DNA of 64,000 nucleotides. Source: Candidatus Poribacteria bacterium. GTDB lineage: Bacteria > Poribacteria > WGA-4E > WGA-3G. Positions 49,063 through 63,800 of the stretch are shown here, piece by piece. A program made the position numbers and the translations under genes. Numbering within the stretch: position 1 is the first letter of the stretch; each line of letters begins with the position of its first letter. The notes beneath the pieces were generated by a model, which did no database searches, was not told the origin of the DNA, and was given only the letters and a program-made list of their open reading frames with translations. The stretch spans positions 1,984,001-2,048,000 of the forward strand of contig OZ244048.1 of assembly GCA_965215265.1 (NCBI GenBank), given 5' to 3'.

Positions 49063-49710
49063 TTAGTTCTGCTTTTCTGATTTGAGAGCTGCCCATTTGA
49101 TTGTCAATTTATCTTTCATTTCAACGTGTTGTGGTTCTGCTCCGTCTATGTCACTGACAAATTCGCCTTCATAGAGTCGGATATGGTCTAGCCAGACATC
49201 GACTTTCTGTCCGCCCATGATGACACCTGCGCGCGAATTGACATCATCCGCAGGCATTTCGAACGTAACGAAGAACTCCTTCCATTCTTCGATAACGTTA
49301 ATCTGTTGATTCGCGTATTGATCCCACGGGTCGCCTTGGTGGATGATGCGGATGTTGACAGTACGAGGCTTTTCGCTCTTTGCCCACAAATTATAGGTGT
49401 ACGTTTTACCTTTTTCCAAGGTGAAGGGCTGCTGATAGAATTGGATGTGCCAGGAGGCATTGCTGGGCTTACTGATTTTGATGTAGGCAGTGTTTTTTCC
49501 CACAATGGGTTCTGCTTTTTTGCCTTCCGTTTGGAAGAGGGCCGCGGCATCGGCATGCGTCCAGAGATGCCAATGCTCAAGTTTCAGGTCAAAATCGCCG
49601 TTTCTGAGAATGTTTTCAGGTTCATCTGCTGCGTACAAAAACGTTGCCACTGAAAACAGCCCTATGAAGGTGAAACTACTATGATATCGCTTCAGTCGGT
49701 GTGCTAGCAT
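49063..49710 (-). CDS. Secreted CBM4/9-like carbohydrate-binding protein
   Basis: NILRNGDF, WHIQFYQ, LEKGKTYT, WLDHIRL; tail VEMKDKLTIKWAALK. Confidence 0.85.
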   Translation of the reverse strand: MLAHRLKRYHSSFTFIGLFSVATFLYAADEPENILRNGDFDLKLEHWHLWTHADAAALFQTEGKKAEPIVGKNTAYIKISKPSNASWHIQFYQQPFTLEKGKTYTYNLWAKSEKPRTVNIRIIHQGDPWDQYANQQINVIEEWKEFFVTFEMPADDVNSRAGVIMGGQKVDVWLDHIRLYEGEFVSDIDGAEPQHVEMKDKLTIKWAALKSEKQN

Positions 49711-49886
49711 GGTAGTCTCCTATAGATTAGTCGTGTTTACTTCCGCGTTCATCATGTGGAGTCATAACACGCATGGGCATAGGATACCCTATTCATAAAG
49801 AGGAAGTCAAGTACTTCAATAGAAACAGATGAATTGCAAAGTTTGCCGTGAGGGCAGGCGGGGTGCCTGCCCCATATAGGAAGGAT

Positions 49887-50004
49887 TTCCGGCGGCGACT
49901 TACTTTCCCGCGGGGTCGCCCCCGAAGTATCATCAGCGCAGAAGGGCTTAACTGCCGTGTTCGAGATGGGAACGGGTGGGTCACCTTCGCTATAGCCACC
50001 GGAA
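49887..50004 (-). rRNA. rrf: 5S rRNA
   Basis: ccgttcccatctcgaacacggcagttaag, gctgatgatact, terminal stem; follows 23S. Confidence 0.95.
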
Positions 50005-50132
50005 AGTTTTTCGTATGGCTCAGTATTAAGATGTTTGCTGTTGCATTATCGGAGCCATCTGCTGGTACTGAGCTGCTACAATAATATTTGACAATTGCAT
50101 AGGGTTTGAGGGTTCGGTATGTTAATAAAGAA

Positions 50133-53110
<2,978 letters not shown>

Positions 53111-53200
53111 GGTGATATTATTCTACCGATTTACCCTCTCTATGCAATTGTCAAAGAACCCCGCCTTTTTCAAAAGCAAAACTGCTTCTTTCAAAGACGA

Positions 53201-53273
53201 TGGAGATGAGCGGAGTTGAACCGCTGACCTTCTGCGTGCAAAGCAGACGCTCTCCCAACTGAGCTACACCCCC
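53201..53273 (-). tRNA. tRNA-Ala(TGC)
   Basis: GGGGGTGTAGCTCAG...TTTGCAC...TTCAACT...CATCTCCA; G3:U70; CCA not encoded. Confidence 0.96.
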
Positions 53274-53295
53274 ATGTGGTTACCTGTTTATTTTC

Positions 53296-53324
53296 AGTAT
53301 ACCACAAAAAACGACGGTTGTCAA
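53296..53324 (-). promoter_or_regulatory. Internal sigma70 promoter upstream of tRNA-Ala (also at 53432-53460 and 53568-53596)
   Basis: TTGACA-17 bp-TATACT with TG extended -10. Confidence 0.75.
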
Positions 53325-53344
53325 ATTTATTTTCAATTTTCAAA

Positions 53345-53417
53345 ACGATCAGGGAGGAATCGCACCCCCGTTTTCGGTTTTTGGAACCGATGTTCTTCCT
53401 ATTTGAACTACTGACCT
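53345..53417 (-). pseudogene. tRNA-Trp-like cloverleaf, copy A
   Basis: AGGTCAG-TA-GTTC-AAATAGGAA-GAAC-A-TCGGT-TCCAAAA-ACCGA-AAAC-GGGGG-TGCGATT-CCTCC-CTGATCG-T. Confidence 0.7.
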
Positions 53418-53480
53418 TCAAGATGGTATATAGTATACCACAAAAAACGACGGTTGTCAAATTTATTTTCAATTTTCAAA

Positions 53481-53553
53481 ACGATCAGGGAGGAATCGCA
53501 CCCCCGTTTTCGGTTTTTGGAACCGATGTTCTTCCTATTTGAACTACTGACCT
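53481..53553 (-). pseudogene. tRNA-Trp-like cloverleaf, copy B (identical to A)
   Basis: Same 73-nt sequence offset by 136 bp. Confidence 0.7.
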
Positions 53554-53607
53554 TCAAGATGATATATAGTATACCACAAAAAGTGACGGTTGTCAAATTT
53601 ATTTTTC

Positions 53608-53635
53608 AAAAAAAACGATTTGCTGCTGCAATCCG
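53608..53635 (-). terminator. Intrinsic terminator candidate after tRNA-Ile
   Basis: cggattgc-agca-gcaaatcg hairpin (one mismatch) followed by a long T run. Confidence 0.55.
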
Positions 53636-53670
53636 TGAACGCCTCACCTATTCCTTGGTAAGAAAAAAGG

Positions 53671-53744
53671 TGGGCTTATCTGGAATCGAACCAGAGACCT
53701 CGCGCTTATCAGGCGCGCGCTCTAACCTTCTGAGCTATAAGCCC
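53671..53744 (-). tRNA. tRNA-Ile(GAT)
   Basis: GGGCTTATAGCTCAG...CTGATAA...TTCGATT...TAAGCCCA. Confidence 0.96.
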
Positions 53745-53853
53745 GTGAAAGTACCAGAAAATTGTTCCAGAAAGTTAAATAGTGTCTGTGCGTCCCTATA
53801 AGGTAAAGAGCGTATTGAACAAGTAGACTGTGTGAGAATCCACCTGTTGTGTG

Positions 53854-55410
<1,557 letters not shown>

Positions 55411-55535
55411 AAGTATTGAAATGCACCTTCACTTCATTGAAAGTGAAGCACATTCACAAGCTGTAAATTGGCACGTCACGTTCACTATTTAACTTTCAAA
55501 GAACACTTTCACCTTTTTTGTAAAAGGTTATTTTA

Positions 55536-55564
55536 ATTATACCCTATGAAAATGCGTTTGTCAA
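55536..55564 (-). promoter_or_regulatory. rRNA promoter; boxA-like TGTTCTTTGAAA in leader (~55495-55506)
   Basis: Exact TTGACA-17 bp-TATAAT with A/T-rich upstream tract. Confidence 0.8.
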
Positions 55565-55979
55565 GTTAAAATCAAAAAAAAATGATGATTTTTGGGAAAA
55601 AAGTGCTTTTTTTTGGCTTTTTTTCACTTTTTTTTGAAAAAAATGTGTTTGTGAAGTAGTCTTTTGGGATGTGCGTGCATTTTGCATGCATTTTGCACGA
55701 CAAATTCGCACGTTTTCAGATGCATGCATCATCAACGAACTTCATCCAGGGCGTAAACAATGCGGTGGCAATGCTATCCGTTTTGTGCTAGGGTTAGCGA
55801 TGTTGGGGGTGAGGTATTTAGTTTCCAGGTGGCAGTAGTCCTTGGGTTTTATGCGGGTCGGTGTGCTAGCGGTCTTGTAAATGAGATGCCTAAGGCGATT
55901 GATGGCCTTTACGAGCCTGTTTATCTGGAGTGTAAAGGTGCGTCTATTTCTGGAATGCCGGTTTTGAGGTATCCTGAAT

Positions 55980-56717
55980 GTCCACAGATAGGGCCAAACG
56001 CTAAGGACTGTAAGCAACGTCACTGAGCAAAAGAGCAGCGCGCTCAGGAGCATTTTCTTCCCGGAGAAACGGCGTTGTTTGACATACCAAAAAAGCAGAA
56101 ACAGAAGAAATAGAAGAAACGCACCTACGTGACTTTTCGTTAGACACGCCAATCCAAAGCAAATCCCTAAAAAACGAGGTCGCACCGCCGCTGAGTTTCA
56201 CCATCCAGATAGCAGAGCCACAACAATACCGTTAAAAAGAGAAATTCGGAGGTGAGTGCATCCGTATGAATCCGTCGGCTTTCGGCGAGCAAAAACGGCA
56301 CCACGCCTAAAAACAGCGTGCCTACCGCTGCGAGGGGACTTCCGAACAAACGGTACAATAACACCCCGCTAGCAAAATGAGCACGCCGGTGAGAAAGGCT
56401 ATCGGAAACCGAAGACGGGCCAGCATCGCTGGCGAGAAAAACTGCTTTGGCTGCATCCAAGCCTTGAAAAGTAATTTCTTACCATAAACGTTCCAAATTG
56501 CAGTGCCGCCGAGCCAAGTCGTTGTCACACCCGGATGATAGGCGGTGAGGGTGTCTGCGAAACGGCCGCTTTCCAACGCGGAAACAAAGGTGCGAGAACG
56601 CCTCATCCAGAGATGCTCATCACTTGACCAGTGTGCGGAAAGCGACAATAGGCACGGCAAAAATGTGAGCAGCACCAAAAACAAAACAAAAGCACCTACA
56701 AAAATCGGTTTCTGCAC
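55980..56717 (-). pseudogene. Frameshifted, 3'-truncated GT-C fold glycosyltransferase (ArnT/PMT-like)
   Basis: Three overlapping ORFs join into WSSDE...YHPGVTTTW...ESRRIHTDA...GLACLTK; frameshifts near 56367 and 56172. Confidence 0.75.
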
Positions 56718-56738
56718 GCGTTGTTCCTCCTTGCGTTT

Positions 56739-57794
56739 TTATGGGTTGGCGCTGCTTTCATTGAGGGCGTTCAGACGCTTCTGTCTACAGTAGAACACCC
56801 AAGCGATGCTTGCCAGCAGAATCTCTGCACTCATCACCCACACCCGTGAGAGAAGTGCCACCAACGTTGCCGTTGCGGGTGGCAGACACAGCGTTAACAA
56901 CAGACTCAAAATGCCTTCTCGCACGCCTAATCCGCCGGGGGTGACGAGACTGAGGAACCCGATGCTCCACGCGAGCGGGTAGATACCTATTAGCATGAGG
57001 AGGTGGCGAAACGGTATCGGGTGTATGCTTTTAACAAAGACAAAAAAGGCGATTCCGAAGTAACCCCAAAGCAGCAAGTAAACCGCGAGAAGGCGAAGTG
57101 TTCCCGTAACGGAAAATATTACCCGTACGCCTTTTTGGAAGAATTCCATTTTTTTCAAAAACCGCCCTTTGCACAATAATCTGAGATGGCGAGGAATAGG
57201 TATAAAGATGAGAAAAACACTGCCCAACGCTATGAGCACAACAGCGAGTCCAATGAGGTGCAGGGCAGTTAGACGAAAACTCGCAACCCCGTTGTGCAAA
57301 AAGTGTTTTGCCTCTTGCCTTGCCAAGAAAGGCACCCCCATGCCGAACCCGAGCACACACTGAAAAGCGAGCCCTTGCATGGTACTGACAACCGCCGCTG
57401 TTTTCGAGATGTCCAGGGGGCGACAGAGAATGATGATACTCGCAAATTGCCCGACTTTGCCGGGGAGGTATTTTCCTAATTGTGACAGTTGAAAAAGCGT
57501 CCAGATGGCTCTAAAGGAACCCTCAGTCTGTGACGCAGAACGATAGAGTGTTCTAGTAGGGTAAACCAACAGGGTCCGATAACCGAACAGGAGCCCAAAA
57601 GACGCTATCAACCAGAACAGCTGGAACGAAACGGATTCCGCTTCCAGTTCCGCCAAAAGACCTGTGAGCCTCTTGATGAGGAAACAGAGAATCCCCAATG
57701 CGAGGAGCAGCCTTCCCCACTGTAGCAGCCGTGAGTGCATCATGTTTGATTCCGGTGGGGTTTGGATGACGTTCAATATCTCAGCCACCGCCAT
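56739..57794 (-). CDS. Lysylphosphatidylglycerol synthase TM-domain (flippase-like, UPF0104) protein
   Basis: SQLGKYLPGKV, TPGGLGVREG, ALLSRVW; start uncertain. Confidence 0.85.
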   Translation of the reverse strand: MAVAEILNVIQTPPESNMMHSRLLQWGRLLLALGILCFLIKRLTGLLAELEAESVSFQLFWLIASFGLLFGYRTLLVYPTRTLYRSASQTEGSFRAIWTLFQLSQLGKYLPGKVGQFASIIILCRPLDISKTAAVVSTMQGLAFQCVLGFGMGVPFLARQEAKHFLHNGVASFRLTALHLIGLAVVLIALGSVFLIFIPIPRHLRLLCKGRFLKKMEFFQKGVRVIFSVTGTLRLLAVYLLLWGYFGIAFFVFVKSIHPIPFRHLLMLIGIYPLAWSIGFLSLVTPGGLGVREGILSLLLTLCLPPATATLVALLSRVWVMSAEILLASIAWVFYCRQKRLNALNESSANP

Positions 57795-59104
57795 AATTCG
57801 CCCAACTCAGGTCGCTTGCCGTACATTAAAATTCCGACTTGATAAATTTTCCCAATGATAATAGTGACGAGAAAGAGGGTTGCGCCCATCACAGAGATGT
57901 TCAGCAGAATCTCCCACCACGGTGGCATCAGCACATTGATTCGCATGAACATCAGAAATGGCGAGAAAAACGGGATGTGGGAGAGGAATATAGCAAGTGG
58001 CACGTCAGGCATTTTAAACAATTGGACCATTAACACCACGGGAACAGAGGGAAAAATGGCGAGCAGTCCGCCGAACTGTTGTGCCTCTTCGTTGCTGTTG
58101 CAAATGGCACCGACAGCGGCGTAAAGCGTTGAATAGAAGAAGAAACCGCAAATGAAATAGACGAAGAAGTAGATAAGCACATCAGTACCGCTGGCTTTGA
58201 TGAGAGCAACCGCGATGAGTTGGGACGGCTGTGCATGGATACCAAGCACAGCAAGCAATCGGTTGAAGTGGTTTATCAGCACCGCTCCGGATATCACCCA
58301 AATGGCAAATAGTGTCAAACAGACAGAGCAGACACCGATGAGTTTGCCAAGCAGGAGATGATACGGCTTAATTGATGAAACAATCACCTCAATGATGCGT
58401 GTTGTTTTTTCTTCAAGGACGCTTTGCATGACAGAGTTGGCGTAGATGACGATAAACAGGTACAGAACGAAAATGAGGAGAATCGCTATACCGCGCCGCA
58501 TCCTCGTTTCTACTTTTCCCTCAATCTGAACCTCTCCTTTGTCACCATCGCTTGTAATCGCGAAAGTGTCAAATGTGACCGAACGCATCAATCGTCGGAT
58601 TTCCGGCTGCGAATAACCGCTTTCAGCAAATCGCTTATTCCTAACAATCTCTGAGAGGAGACGACGCAATGCCCCTTGTACGTCAAAATTGGTGATGGTT
58701 TTAGCGTAGTAGCGTACTTTTCCATCTTGAAACACATTTTTCGGGATGGCAAGATAGGCGTAAATCTCCCCTGTAGCAACTTGCTTCCTGAGTTCGGATT
58801 TTGCATCGCCCGTGGGATCTGATATATGACGGGTGAGTTGATAGCGTAACTCCCCTTTCTGTTGAAAAGTGGGATGTCGCACAACGCGGGCTTTCAGTTC
58901 CGGGAAAATGTCACCGGTTTCATCAATCACCACGAGCATTCTCACGCCTGTTGTTTTCTGCTCCATCATCGTATCCATTAAATTGGGCAGAAGTACTATC
59001 GTGCACATGAGCAGCGGCACCAGGAACACTGAAGCGATGAAGCCTTTCGTCTTGACGCGCATCGTGTACTCGCGTTTGATAACTGCAGCAATTTTATGAA
59101 ACAT
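57773..59104 (-). CDS. ABC-2 type transporter permease (NatB-like)
   Basis: REYTMRVKTKGF, SVLEEKTTRIIEVIVSS, LLGKLIG, YGKRP. Confidence 0.9.
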   Translation of the reverse strand: MFHKIAAVIKREYTMRVKTKGFIASVFLVPLLMCTIVLLPNLMDTMMEQKTTGVRMLVVIDETGDIFPELKARVVRHPTFQQKGELRYQLTRHISDPTGDAKSELRKQVATGEIYAYLAIPKNVFQDGKVRYYAKTITNFDVQGALRRLLSEIVRNKRFAESGYSQPEIRRLMRSVTFDTFAITSDGDKGEVQIEGKVETRMRRGIAILLIFVLYLFIVIYANSVMQSVLEEKTTRIIEVIVSSIKPYHLLLGKLIGVCSVCLTLFAIWVISGAVLINHFNRLLAVLGIHAQPSQLIAVALIKASGTDVLIYFFVYFICGFFFYSTLYAAVGAICNSNEEAQQFGGLLAIFPSVPVVLMVQLFKMPDVPLAIFLSHIPFFSPFLMFMRINVLMPPWWEILLNISVMGATLFLVTIIIGKIYQVGILMYGKRPELGELWRWLRY

Positions 59105-59454
59105 TTTTCGTCTTCCTTTCGCCTTCAACGCGCTGCACGAAAAAATCATGGAGCATCGGTTCTACCAATGAGCTCTGTCATCGCTTGCATTACCGCGTTT
59201 TAGTTTAGTGGGACGCTTGTATCGGCAAACAGGCTGTGTTGTATCAATACATAGCCAAGGGCAATGGCGATATTGGTGAGTGCGAGATCGAAGGATAGTG
59301 AAGGTGAGAAGCGCATCTAATCTCTCTATCTTTATCATCATCTCTGCGCTGAGATAAAAATACACAGCAGTCGAGGAACATTTCTTTTTTTACGAAACGT
59401 TCCCCGACCGAAAGAGACAAGTTTGAGCTCCTCATAGAGATCGATTAAATTGGA

Positions 59455-60810
59455 TTATTCGGCGATACAGTAGAGATGCTCCGTACCACGCAGGTATAAC
59501 TCCGAACCGACAATCACAGGCGAGGAATTGAAACTGTCGTCGATATGATTTTCTGACAAAACCTCAAACGTGGTACCGTGTTTGATAACCAACACGGTAC
59601 CATTTCGGCTCGCAATATAGATGCGATCTGCTGCGCCGACAATGGAAGCGTAAACCCCTGAAATGCCCTGTAACCGCTCCGGCCCGTAATACGGCGAGCC
59701 TGTTTTTATATTGAAGGCAGAGAGGATGCCCTCGTTCCTCTTTAAAAAATAGATGATATCCCCATAGAGGAGCGGCGATGGGACATAGGGCGTGTCTCTA
59801 TTGTGTTCCCATACCATTGCGTCTGTATCGCTAATATTCCCATTCGCTTTTTCAAGTTGTATCGCTTGTAATACACTGCCCCGGAAACCGCTGGTGATAT
59901 AAACGAGCCCATCGGCAGCAACAGGTGTGGGTATAGCGTTCCGCGTCATACCGCCGCATTCCCAGATTTCCTCGCCCGTATCAAGTGCGTAGCCGCGGGT
60001 GCGGTTCGTTGCCGGCATAATCACTTGCGGTTTTCCGCCTTCCTCAACAACGATAGGAGAGGCCCAGGTCGTGCTTTCATCCCTCTCCATTTTCCAGCGA
60101 ATCTCACCCGTTCGCTTATCCAATGCAGTGATGAAAGAATCGCCTTCATGGTCCTGCACAATCACGAGTGTATCCCGGTAAAGTGCAGGAGAACTGCCTT
60201 CGCCAAAGGTCCTGCTCTTATACATTCTGCCGATGTCCTTTTCCCACTTTACATTGCCGTCCATATCCACGCAGTAGAGCCCCCTTGAACCAAAATAGGC
60301 GTAGACGTATTCTCCATCGGTGACGGGCGAATTTGAGGCAAAGCTGGCAGTTTGGTGCGTCCCTTCGTGGGGCACCTCTTCGCGCAGCGTTTTCTGCCAC
60401 AAGATGTCGCCGTTCGCCCGGTCGATGGCGAGCAGATCAAATCTGTATAACTTTGAGAGCCCCTCGCCTCTTCCCCTCTGGTTAAGCAGACCACTGAACG
60501 GATTGAAGTCATTTTCATTTTCTGTTTCCGCTTTCGGTTCCGGTTCACCGATTTCAATTGCAGTCTGGATGAAGATGTTATCGCCCCAGATAATCGGGGT
60601 TGCGTGGCCCTGACCGGGTATAGCCACTTTCCATCGGATGTTTTCAGTTGCACTCCACTTAACCGGCGGGTCAGCATCCGGTGCAACACCGGTTCCATAC
60701 GGACCACGCCATTGATGCCAATTCTTCTCAAAATCTACAGGTTGCGAGGCACTTGACACAACCGCCGCCAAGCCCAATACACAAACTACTAACATTGCAA
60801 TTCTTCTCAT
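59455..60810 (-). CDS. PQQ-binding-like beta-propeller protein
   Basis: NWHQWRGP, WKVAIPG, ASNSPVTDG, repeated W-motifs, LYCI C-terminus. Confidence 0.9.
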   Translation of the reverse strand: MRRIAMLVVCVLGLAAVVSSASQPVDFEKNWHQWRGPYGTGVAPDADPPVKWSATENIRWKVAIPGQGHATPIIWGDNIFIQTAIEIGEPEPKAETENENDFNPFSGLLNQRGRGEGLSKLYRFDLLAIDRANGDILWQKTLREEVPHEGTHQTASFASNSPVTDGEYVYAYFGSRGLYCVDMDGNVKWEKDIGRMYKSRTFGEGSSPALYRDTLVIVQDHEGDSFITALDKRTGEIRWKMERDESTTWASPIVVEEGGKPQVIMPATNRTRGYALDTGEEIWECGGMTRNAIPTPVAADGLVYITSGFRGSVLQAIQLEKANGNISDTDAMVWEHNRDTPYVPSPLLYGDIIYFLKRNEGILSAFNIKTGSPYYGPERLQGISGVYASIVGAADRIYIASRNGTVLVIKHGTTFEVLSENHIDDSFNSSPVIVGSELYLRGTEHLYCIAE

Positions 60811-60867
60811 GATTATCTCCTTTTTTCGGTAAGATGGAAAATCTTTAACGAAATGTCACATCCTCAA

Positions 60868-63800
60868 TTAGGGCGATGCAAGAATATCCTCAATAGCGAG
60901 AGGCTTCGCTAATTCACGATTGGCTGCCTCTAATTTTTCTCGACTTGAAACAACGCAGACAGCAGCGTTATCGCGGTTCTCTTCTAGGAGTTCGAGCAGC
61001 ACCCGCTTGACTTCAGCAGGCGTGGCACGACAGAGCCGCGCATACCGTTCCTCCCGCATTTCGCGCGTCTGTCCAGCGAGATGTTGACTCAACGCACTAC
61101 TCGCAGCTTGGCTGGGCCGGATCGGTTTCTCCCCATCTTTCGCCGTTGCGATAATTGCTCTATCAATATCCGTCTGCGTCCAATCTACCTGCTTGACATA
61201 CTCTACAGTCTGTTCAAAAACGTTAAGCGTCCTTGCAATGTGCGGGTCGCGATACGATGCCTGGTAGAGTTGGGCATCAAACGGATTATAGGTAAACCAT
61301 GCCCCGTAAGCGTTGCCTTTGAACCGAATTTCACTCATGATATAATCCAGTCGAATGATATGGGCACCAATCCGTAGGAGCGTTGAATCCGGGTGCGAAT
61401 AGTGCGGTGCCGGTACCACGTGTGCGCAGTGCGCAATTTGAATGGGCCCCGCTAACCCTTCGCGTAGACGCATATCACCTGCCTCAAATCCAATCGGTTC
61501 ATCCATTATCGGCTCATCGCACATCTTTTGAATCCACTCATTGAGATGGGTGTTCAGCACGTTAAAAGCGGCATCGGAACCCGTAAAACTGGCTGTCATC
61601 CGCCCGCGCACTAACAGGAAATCCCGTATCTCTTCAATGTGACACATCAGCTCCTCATTAAGTTCGTCAAAATCGGTGAGCAACCTCTCACTCACATGCA
61701 ATTGCGGAAGCCCAAAAACGATTTCAGACAGCCGGGCTTGAGGCGATAAATTGCGGGCAGCGTGATGAATAGCGGTATTCGAACCGTCATGTACCATCTC
61801 TGTCCGATACTCCGCCACGGATTGCGTCAGGACATCGCGGAGACGTGCCTTATCGCGCGGATTTACGGAAAACACAAGCGCTCGCAGCACATCTAACGCA
61901 GACTCCATTTTTCCATCTAGTGCCTTGAAATGAAATCGTAGACTCTGTAGTGAACGATTCCCATCTAACGCATGTGTACTGAAACCCGGTGAACATCCAA
62001 TTCCCCCGGTAACCGCCGATTTTCGCTGGGCAACCTGTTCATAGTTCATGTCGGCAGCACCCAGTTTACCAATCGCTTCTGCGTATCGAGGGAGATATGC
62101 CCACAAGTGCTGCGGCAAACCTCTCAAGTCAAAGTTCAAGACTAGGTAGTTAACACCGTTGGCAAAGACATCATTCCGGAGCAGTTCAACATCGTGAACC
62201 TTCTCAATTGTGGTAGGAATATGTTTCGGTTTTTCAGGCAGGTCACTGACTTGAAGTTGTGGCAACTTTGCCAACGCCTCCGGTGAATTCGGTTGGCCGT
62301 TCAGTCGTTCCAACTCAGCAGCATCAGCGGCAATCTGCTGAACCTGTTCATCGCTCAGTTTTGCTCGCGTCGCCTTCATACGTGCCTCGAGGGCCGCATC
62401 CAATTCTGACTGCATGCCGGGGTGCGGTGAGAGTACACTTGTCAACCGATGCGGGTTCTCAAGCAGGCGCTCGCGAATTAGTTGATTGAAAATCGCAGCA
62501 TCCGCCTCCCACCGCCGCTGGATGATGGAAAGACACTCTCCCATCTTTAAAAAGGTATCCGGCTCCTTCTCATAGATCCACGCCTCAATCACACGGTAGA
62601 GCATCCGCAGCGGGAACATAGGCGCGACTTCCTGGTAGTAATAAGTGGCTTGTTGAAATGCGGCTTCTACCTTCGCACTTTCTATCTCCGTATCCGCAAT
62701 TTCTGTCAAAGTCTGCATCACTAGTTGCGTAAACGCATCCACACGCTCCTTTTCACTTCCCTTGAGCCCCACGTAAAAGGTACTCGATGCCCCGATAGAG
62801 CTCGCACCGGAGAAAATCAGATCTGCACCGAGTTTCGAATCAATAATCGCCTTTTTCAAGGGGGCGGCTTCATTACCGAGCAGAATCAAACTTAAAATCC
62901 GGCACATGGCGACATCTTCCGGATCTGTCGCATCCCCAATAAGCCAACTCAACATCAGATAGGTTTTTTCAGTCAGCGGTTCATCCGGCGCAACTGGATA
63001 GGTAGCTTGCACGGTTTGCGCAGATTTCCATCGTGATTGGCGCGTGACTTCCGGCCGGAGCGGGCGGAGCGAGGCACTCTCTTCGTTTCGCGGGATAGCA
63101 CTCAGTTTATCCGAAAGAAAGGCGAGATAGTCCCTGGTTGGGATATCGCCATAGAGAAAAAAGTAACTATTGCTTGGATGGTAATGGTTCTGATGGAATC
63201 TTTGCAGCTGAGCGTACGTTAAGTCAGGAATTGCATCCGGATCCCCGCCAGATTCGCGCGCATAGAGCGTATCCGGGAGCAGTCGACTCGTCATTGAACG
63301 GTACAACAACGACTCTGGATCCGAAAAAACGCCTTTCATCTCATTGTAGACAATGCCGGTGATCTTCAAATCGCCAGTCGGGTCTTCTGGGTTTATAGGC
63401 GCAAGATGATGTCCCTCGCGCTTGAAGGTCTCCTCCGTTAACAACGGGTGAAATACTGCATCAAAATACACTTCTGCCAAGTTGAAGAGGTCCTTTTTGA
63501 CGTTGCTCGCTACCGGATAGTAGGTATGATCGGAGCTCGTCATCGCATTGATAAAGGTCGCCATGCTCATCTTGATCATCTCAAAGAATGGTTCCTTTAC
63601 CGGATATTTTTGGGAGCCTGCCAACACGGCATGTTCTAAGATATGCGGCAGCCCGGTATCATCGGGCGGCGGTGTCGGGAAATTAATAGAAAAGAGATTT
63701 TCGGTATCGTCTGTATAGAGATGCAGCAGCCGCGCCCCACTCTGTGGATGCGCCAATTCAATCGTCACAGCGCGCAATTCGTCAATCGGTGTGACAGCTT

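Larger units (their letters stand above)
53296..53606 (-). repeat. 136-bp tandem repeat (2 full + 1 partial) in the rRNA spacer
   Basis: Units start at 53296, 53432 and 53568; near-identical. Confidence 0.92.

Noticed and set aside
55660-55735. Cluster of TGCA/ATGCAT words upstream of the rRNA promoter
   Set aside because: Too short and low-complexity to assign; no second instance in the window
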